A DNA stretch of 64,000 nucleotides from Verrucomicrobiota bacterium (lineage in GTDB: Bacteria > Verrucomicrobiota > Verrucomicrobiia > Opitutales > Cerasicoccaceae). The DNA lies in the NCBI GenBank assembly GCA_039818205.1, contig JBCBUK010000002.1, positions 32,001 through 96,000 of the forward strand. The letters run 5' to 3'. The notes under the pieces were generated by a model. The model was given only the letters and a program-made list of their open reading frames with translations, had not been told where the DNA came from and did no database searches. The translations under genes were made by a program, and so were the position numbers. Each line of letters begins with the position of its first letter. Within the stretch, counting starts at the first letter, position 1. Positions 59,008 through 64,000 of this stretch are shown here, piece by piece.

Positions 59008-60328
59008 TCCCGCTGCGATTACGGTTGGTGAGTTCACACGCCGGGTTAAAGTGCTGTTGGAGAGCCATCTGGAGCCTTGTTGGATTCGAGGCGAGATTTC
59101 CAATTTACGGCGTCAAAGCAGCGGACACGTCTACTTTACGCTCAAGGACGACCGCAGTCAGCTCTCCTGTGTTTTGTTTCGGGCGGATGCCCTGCGGCAA
59201 ACCGTTAACCTACGCGATGGTATGGCGGTGGTTGTTTTTGGCGAGGTCAGTGTCTACGAGCCTCGAGGAACGCATCAGCTGATTTGCCGCACGGTCCTGG
59301 AAGAGGGGCAGGGACGATTGCAGGAACGCTTCGAACAGTTGAAAGCGAAACTTCAGGCCGAGGGGTTGTTTGATGCCGAACGCAAGCTGCCAATCCCCGA
59401 CTGGCCTGAGACGGTTGCCGTGGTTACCTCGCCCAGTGGCGCGGCTATCAAGGATTTCGTGAGCGTGCTGGAGCGTCGGGATTGGCGAGGGACGGTCCTG
59501 CTGGCTCCTGCCAAGGTTCAAGGGGAAGGTGCAGCCTTGGAGATCGTCCAGGCATTGGAGAGCATTCTTTCGACCGGGCGTGCGGACCTGGTGGTCATGA
59601 TGCGGGGCGGGGGCAGTTTGGAAGATCTTTGGTGCTTTAACGAAGAAATCGTAGCGCGGGCGATCGCCGCCTCACCGGTGCCCGTGATTTCTGCCGTCGG
59701 GCACGAGATCGATTTTACCCTCAGTGATTTCGCAGCTGACCGTCGGGCAGAAACACCGACGGCGGCCGCAGAGCTGATTTCGAGTTTGTTGCTCGAGCTG
59801 CGTGAGCGGCAGCGAGGAGCGGCTGAGGCGCTGAACCGTTCAGTGGACCAGTGGCTGCGTGACCAACGCCAGTCACTCGATTGGTTGAAGCGCCATCTAG
59901 AGGCGCATCATCCGCGGGCGAAGGTTGAGCAAGCTCACTTGCGCTTAGACGAAATCCAGTCACGGCTAGAGTCACTCACCGACAATGCCGTGCGAACGTT
60001 CGGCAGTGATTTGCGTTTGCTACGGCACCGCTTGGAATCCGCTGCCCCGGACGTCCACATCACCCGACTCAAGGAGCGTTTGGCTGAGTTGCAACGACGT
60101 CAAGACCGGGCTCAGGAGGAGCTGCTTCGTCGCAAACAGGATCAATTGGCGAGTGGGCGTGCGCGTTTGGAAGGGGTTAGCCTTCAATCGACTTTGAAGC
60201 GTGGCTTTGCCGTTGCGCGTGACCAGCATGGGAAAGTCGTGATGCGCAAGGATGGCCTAAACGAAGGCGAAGTCCTCGCATTGGATTTTCACGACGGCGA
60301 GATCGCCACGCGGATCGAACGGACCTAG
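58955..60328 (+). CDS. xseA: Exodeoxyribonuclease VII large subunit
   Basis: WIRGEISN, SGHVYFTLKD, EGLFD..RK, RGGGSLEDLWCFNEE, SAVGHEIDFTLSDFAAD.RAETPTAAAE. Confidence 0.96.
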   Translation: MSSTAKTKPVPPKKPHPDPAAITVGEFTRRVKVLLESHLEPCWIRGEISNLRRQSSGHVYFTLKDDRSQLSCVLFRADALRQTVNLRDGMAVVVFGEVSVYEPRGTHQLICRTVLEEGQGRLQERFEQLKAKLQAEGLFDAERKLPIPDWPETVAVVTSPSGAAIKDFVSVLERRDWRGTVLLAPAKVQGEGAALEIVQALESILSTGRADLVVMMRGGGSLEDLWCFNEEIVARAIAASPVPVISAVGHEIDFTLSDFAADRRAETPTAAAELISSLLLELRERQRGAAEALNRSVDQWLRDQRQSLDWLKRHLEAHHPRAKVEQAHLRLDEIQSRLESLTDNAVRTFGSDLRLLRHRLESAAPDVHITRLKERLAELQRRQDRAQEELLRRKQDQLASGRARLEGVSLQSTLKRGFAVARDQHGKVVMRKDGLNEGEVLALDFHDGEIATRIERT

Positions 60329-60883
60329 TTATTGGCCGATTTTGACGGAAGTCTGTCCGGCCCCGCCCGTTGGTTCTACCGGCTCGGGCTTCGATTTAAA
60401 ACGGGCACCGGCGTCGACGTTTTCGATCTTCTCAGTGAGCGAGGCTACTTTAACGTCTCCGTCTTTAAGAATAAGCGAAATGACCAGTGCCTTTTCCGCC
60501 GTCACGGGCAAACCTTGGACGCGCGCTTCTTCCTCGATGTCGACGAATACTTTGGCCGATTGACCATCATCGGCGATCTGTGCCTTCACGCCCTTGAACT
60601 GATAGGCGTAGTATTCGGTATTCGCAAAGGCTTCTTTGAGGAACGGTGCGTACTGAGGCATGCGCATTTGGCGGGTGCCAGCGGGACCTTCGACTATGGA
60701 CGAAATTATGGTGACCGTGATGTCGGGCGAAGCTGAACGGATCAGCGGTGCTGGGTCTCCAGCCAAATAAGCCGCGCGTCGGGCGTTGAGCATGTCGACG
60801 ACGACTTTTTTGTCGATGGCATCAACAGCGATCGCGGAAAGCGGCAAGAGGACAACGGAAATCAGCGAAAGAAGTGCTTTCAT
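60329..60883 (-). CDS. Secreted NTF2-like-fold hypothetical protein
   Basis: Signal peptide; helix..A..AGD...L....SPD pattern followed by beta strands. Confidence 0.6.
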   Translation of the reverse strand: MKALLSLISVVLLPLSAIAVDAIDKKVVVDMLNARRAAYLAGDPAPLIRSASPDITVTIISSIVEGPAGTRQMRMPQYAPFLKEAFANTEYYAYQFKGVKAQIADDGQSAKVFVDIEEEARVQGLPVTAEKALVISLILKDGDVKVASLTEKIENVDAGARFKSKPEPVEPTGGAGQTSVKIGQ

Positions 60884-60974
60884 GAGTCTCGCATAAATAC
60901 CCGCGTGGCGGCGGGCTTGTCAAAGGAAAGACGAGCTCGGCGTTCGAGACTCGGAGACGCAATTTAACTAAGGT

Positions 60975-61652
60975 TTAGCTTTCCCAGCTCGGCTTCATGC
61001 TGCCGCGTTCGCGTTGACCAACGGGGGTTCCCAAGACTTCGAGGTAGACAAAGGCTTCACGGGCGGCGAGAGGATCGCGAAGCTTCCCGCGGACACGACG
61101 AGAGAGGCTTGCACCCGCATAGCTACGCGGTGTGCGGCGAGCCGGCTTTGACTGGTCGTAAGCATCTCTTACACGGCGCTTCGCCTCGGCATTTATCTCG
61201 TCGGCTCGACGCATGGCTTCTTCCACGGCCCGTCTCTGCTCTTCGAGTTCGGCTTCGTAGTTACGCTGTGGAACGGGCACCTCGACAAACTGAGGTTCAG
61301 TGCTGCTGGTGATGGGCGGTGGAAATGCGGGTGGCTCTGGCTGTGCCGGTGGAGGTTGCATCGGCGGCGGCGTCGCCTGTGCGGTGTGAGGAAGGGATGG
61401 AGGGGCGGCCGGTTGCTGAGGTGGGGGGAGATTTGGATCCTGCCCCCGACGCTCAGCAATCTTGCGCCGGATCTCTTCTTGAATTCGTCGTTTCCGCTCT
61501 TCGTCCTCATTGGCGGGATGGTCTAGCGGCGTGTAGGGCGATTGCTCTTGCGAAGACTCGTTGGTGCTCTCGCCACTCTGCTTACCGACAACCTGTCCGA
61601 TAATCCAGATGACAAAGACGACGATGGGAACGATGAACTCAAGGATATCCAT
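60975..61652 (-). CDS. Membrane-anchored Pro-rich/coiled-coil protein (positional YqfB analogue)
   Basis: N-terminal TM, RRIQEEIRRKI, Pro-rich linker, C-terminal REAFVYLEVLGTP. Confidence 0.75.
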   Translation of the reverse strand: MDILEFIVPIVVFVIWIIGQVVGKQSGESTNESSQEQSPYTPLDHPANEDEERKRRIQEEIRRKIAERRGQDPNLPPPQQPAAPPSLPHTAQATPPPMQPPPAQPEPPAFPPPITSSTEPQFVEVPVPQRNYEAELEEQRRAVEEAMRRADEINAEAKRRVRDAYDQSKPARRTPRSYAGASLSRRVRGKLRDPLAAREAFVYLEVLGTPVGQRERGSMKPSWES

Positions 61653-61654
61653 AG

Positions 61655-62413
61655 TTATTCGCTTGCTTGATTTGCCTGGGCTTCAGCCGCACGGCGTTCT
61701 TTGACGTAGTTTTCGATTTTGCCCTGCATCTTCATGGAGGCCTGCATCATTTCGGGCATCATGATCGTCATCATCTCTTTTTGTAGCTCGGGAGATTTGT
61801 CGATGCTGGCGATGCCGGCAGGCGTCGAGTAGAACTCATTCATACCACGGAGTTCATCCGGGGTGAAGACGTTGGCGTAGATGTCGATCATCTTGGTCTC
61901 CATGGCGCCCCAATTGATGTCATCAAACATTTCTGTGATGGCTTGCTTTTGGAAGGCAAGGAACTCGGGATCATCGACGCCTTGTTGCGCCATCTGATGG
62001 GCAATTGCCTCGGCCATCGCTTCTTCTTGGGCATCCATCATTTTTGCGATGGTTTCCTTGAAGCGGGTCTTCATGATCATGTCATAGGCCTCAGCGCGCG
62101 CTTCATCTTGGGTGAGGTCAGCGTCGGACTGGGTGATGCCGGCGAGCGAGACGAGAAACTCTTGACCGTCTTTGGAAACGGTTAGGAGTTTGGTGTCTTC
62201 GTTGTATTTGAGGACTTCGAAGCCATTGAACTGGTCTCCGACTTTTACCCAGTTGCTGCTTTGGCCGCCGGGAGAGGTTAATGAGAATGTTTGGACATCA
62301 CCCATGTCGAGAACGCCCCGAAGGACGATCTCATCGGTTGCCACTTTCTCAGCCATCACGGCTGACGTGGCGATAGAGACACTTAAGGCGATGATGGCGG
62401 TTTTTATTTTCAT
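61655..62413 (-). CDS. Secreted DUF2059-domain protein with N-terminal GspC-HR/PilP-like module
   Basis: Signal peptide; IY..VFTPDEL..M..FYSTPAG (DUF2059); N-terminal LRGVLDMG...VKVGD. Confidence 0.8.
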   Translation of the reverse strand: MKIKTAIIALSVSIATSAVMAEKVATDEIVLRGVLDMGDVQTFSLTSPGGQSSNWVKVGDQFNGFEVLKYNEDTKLLTVSKDGQEFLVSLAGITQSDADLTQDEARAEAYDMIMKTRFKETIAKMMDAQEEAMAEAIAHQMAQQGVDDPEFLAFQKQAITEMFDDINWGAMETKMIDIYANVFTPDELRGMNEFYSTPAGIASIDKSPELQKEMMTIMMPEMMQASMKMQGKIENYVKERRAAEAQANQASE

Positions 62414-62443
62414 GGTAGTGGAGGGGGTTTCTTCGGTTGCTTG

Positions 62444-63493
62444 CTACTGGTCGAGAGTGTTGCCACCCGACTCAGGTTTTGAAATGGAGTCACGCATCTC
62501 GGTGTCGGCTTGGATGTTCTGCAAGCGGTAGTAGTCCATAACGCCGAGATTGCCGCTGCGCAGGGCTTCGGAAAGGGCTAGCGGAACTTGGGCTTCGGCT
62601 TCGACGACCTTTGCCTGCATCTCCTGAACTTTCGCTTTCATTTCCTGTTCGAGCGCAACCGCAGCTGCGCGGCGGATTTCCGCTTGGGCCTGTGCCATGT
62701 TCTTGTTGGCGATCGCTTGCTCTTCTTGGAGTTTCGCACCGATGTTCGCGCCGACGTCTACGTCCGCGATATCCACCGAGATAATTTCAAAGGCGGTTCC
62801 GGTATCCAAGCCACGCTCGAGCACGACCTTGGAGATACGGTCTGGATTCTCGAGGACGAATTTGTAGGTCTCGGACGAACCAATCGTGGTCACAATACCT
62901 TCGCCCACCCGGGCAATAATCGTTTCTTCGAGCGCGCTGCCCACATATTGATCGAGGTTGGAGCGAACGGTAACGCGGGCGCGGGCTTTTACTTGGATAC
63001 CATCCTTGGAAACACCATCAATTGTCGTGCGACCCGATGCGCGGTCTGGGCAATCAATTACCTTGGGGTTGATGGAGGTGCGCACCGCTTCAAGGACACT
63101 CTTGTCGGTGCCCTTAGTCGCGAGGTCGATTGCACAAGCGCGCGTCCACTTGAGCTCGATACCCGCCTTGTCTGCGGCAATGATCGCTTGGACGGTCTGG
63201 ATTACGTTACCTTCGGCGAGGTAGTGGGCTTCGAGCAGATCGGTGTCGAGCTGGATGCCTGCCTTCACGGCTGTAATCCGGGCTTCAACGATCAATTTGT
63301 AGGGCACATTTCGCAGGCGCATCGCGATCAACGTGGGGATACCAACGGGGGCACCAGAGAGCAGGGCGCGCAACCACGTGGAAATGTAGGAGAGCACGAT
63401 CAAGAATAGACCGATCAAGATGACTCCGAGGATGATCAACGCGATGTTGCCAATGCTGATGGCTACCGGGAAGTTATTGACGAGTGTTTGCAT
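62444..63493 (-). CDS. floA: Flotillin-like protein FloA (YqfA family)
   Basis: [56 protein letters not shown]. Confidence 0.95.
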   Translation of the reverse strand: MQTLVNNFPVAISIGNIALIILGVILIGLFLIVLSYISTWLRALLSGAPVGIPTLIAMRLRNVPYKLIVEARITAVKAGIQLDTDLLEAHYLAEGNVIQTVQAIIAADKAGIELKWTRACAIDLATKGTDKSVLEAVRTSINPKVIDCPDRASGRTTIDGVSKDGIQVKARARVTVRSNLDQYVGSALEETIIARVGEGIVTTIGSSETYKFVLENPDRISKVVLERGLDTGTAFEIISVDIADVDVGANIGAKLQEEQAIANKNMAQAQAEIRRAAAVALEQEMKAKVQEMQAKVVEAEAQVPLALSEALRSGNLGVMDYYRLQNIQADTEMRDSISKPESGGNTLDQ

Positions 63494-63539
63494 AGCAGAT
63501 GGATGTATTTGCTGAGTTAATTATTCGGGATTGATAGTT

Positions 63540-63998
63540 CTAAATTTGTAATTTCTTCACGACGACGCGGAACGCATCACGGCCAACGACCTCAATCTGG
63601 TCGCCTTTGTTTAAATAACCGCTTTGCGAAAAGCCTTCATAGGTTTTGCCTTCGACCACGATACGCCCGCTGGGTGCCATGGTCGTGGCGGCGATACCGG
63701 TTTGGCCAACAAGGTCTGCTTGATCGCTGGCTTCGACCGCCGCGTCGTTCCGTGAACCATAACGGATGCGGCCACCGCTGGCGGCGGATAAAAAGAATCG
63801 CTTACCGAAGCGCGTTTTGGGCAGCATCTGAAATTCGACAATTACCACCACGGTGACGACTATCAACGATAACAGCAGGGTCCACGCAGCGCCGAAAACG
63901 CCAAATTCCGTGAAGGCCACCCAACCGGCACCAAGGATTGCGATGCCGCCCAGGGCGCCAAGAATGCCACCGGGAACCAGGATCTCGAATGAGATTAA
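63540..63998 (-). CDS. NfeD family membrane protein (5'-truncated by window edge)
   Basis: Frame open to the edge (FEILVPGGILG); C-terminal OB fold LVGQTG.A.T...PSG....GK.YE..S..GYL.KG..IEVV. Confidence 0.88.
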   Translation of the reverse strand, partial: LISFEILVPGGILGALGGIAILGAGWVAFTEFGVFGAAWTLLLSLIVVTVVVIVEFQMLPKTRFGKRFFLSAASGGRIRYGSRNDAAVEASDQADLVGQTGIAATTMAPSGRIVVEGKTYEGFSQSGYLNKGDQIEVVGRDAFRVVVKKLQI

Positions 63999-64000
63999 CA

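Overview
Gene-dense bacterial chromosome segment of moderate GC. It is most likely a marine Verrucomicrobiota (Opitutales-like), inferred from the Minf_1886-type, DUF5069-type, PEP-CTERM, SHD1-like and compact GltX genes. No rRNA, tRNA, CRISPR array or IS element was recognised. Contents in order: (i) 2-10 kb, a polysaccharide-related block with two secreted proteins sharing an equal-length 1212-nt C-terminal cassette (two ~119-aa repeats plus a DNRLRE/CBM96-like domain) and a membrane-anchored GH16; (ii) housekeeping and accessory genes (LysM, Nudix, PfkB, VIT1, GAF histidine kinase, amidase, SMUG1-type UDG, carB); (iii) 21.9-36.4 kb, a large TonB locus (DUF3450-ExbB-ExbB-ExbD-ExbD-TonB-TPR, two unknowns, a TonB-dependent receptor, a secreted beta-helix-like protein, a PEP-CTERM protein and a secreted unknown), with 11-bp-periodic Pho-box-like repeats upstream of three of its genes, which is the best candidate for an undescribed phosphate-starvation surface/uptake system; (iv) cstA, a MoCo-carrier-like gene broken by one amber codon, an RRM protein with a structured leader, gltX, a LolA-like gene plus an MMPL-cNMP exporter followed by a 424-nt hairpin-rich spacer between convergent genes (candidate ncRNA), leuB, xseA and an nfeD-floA operon. 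All family calls come from motif recognition by eye; no database searches were run.
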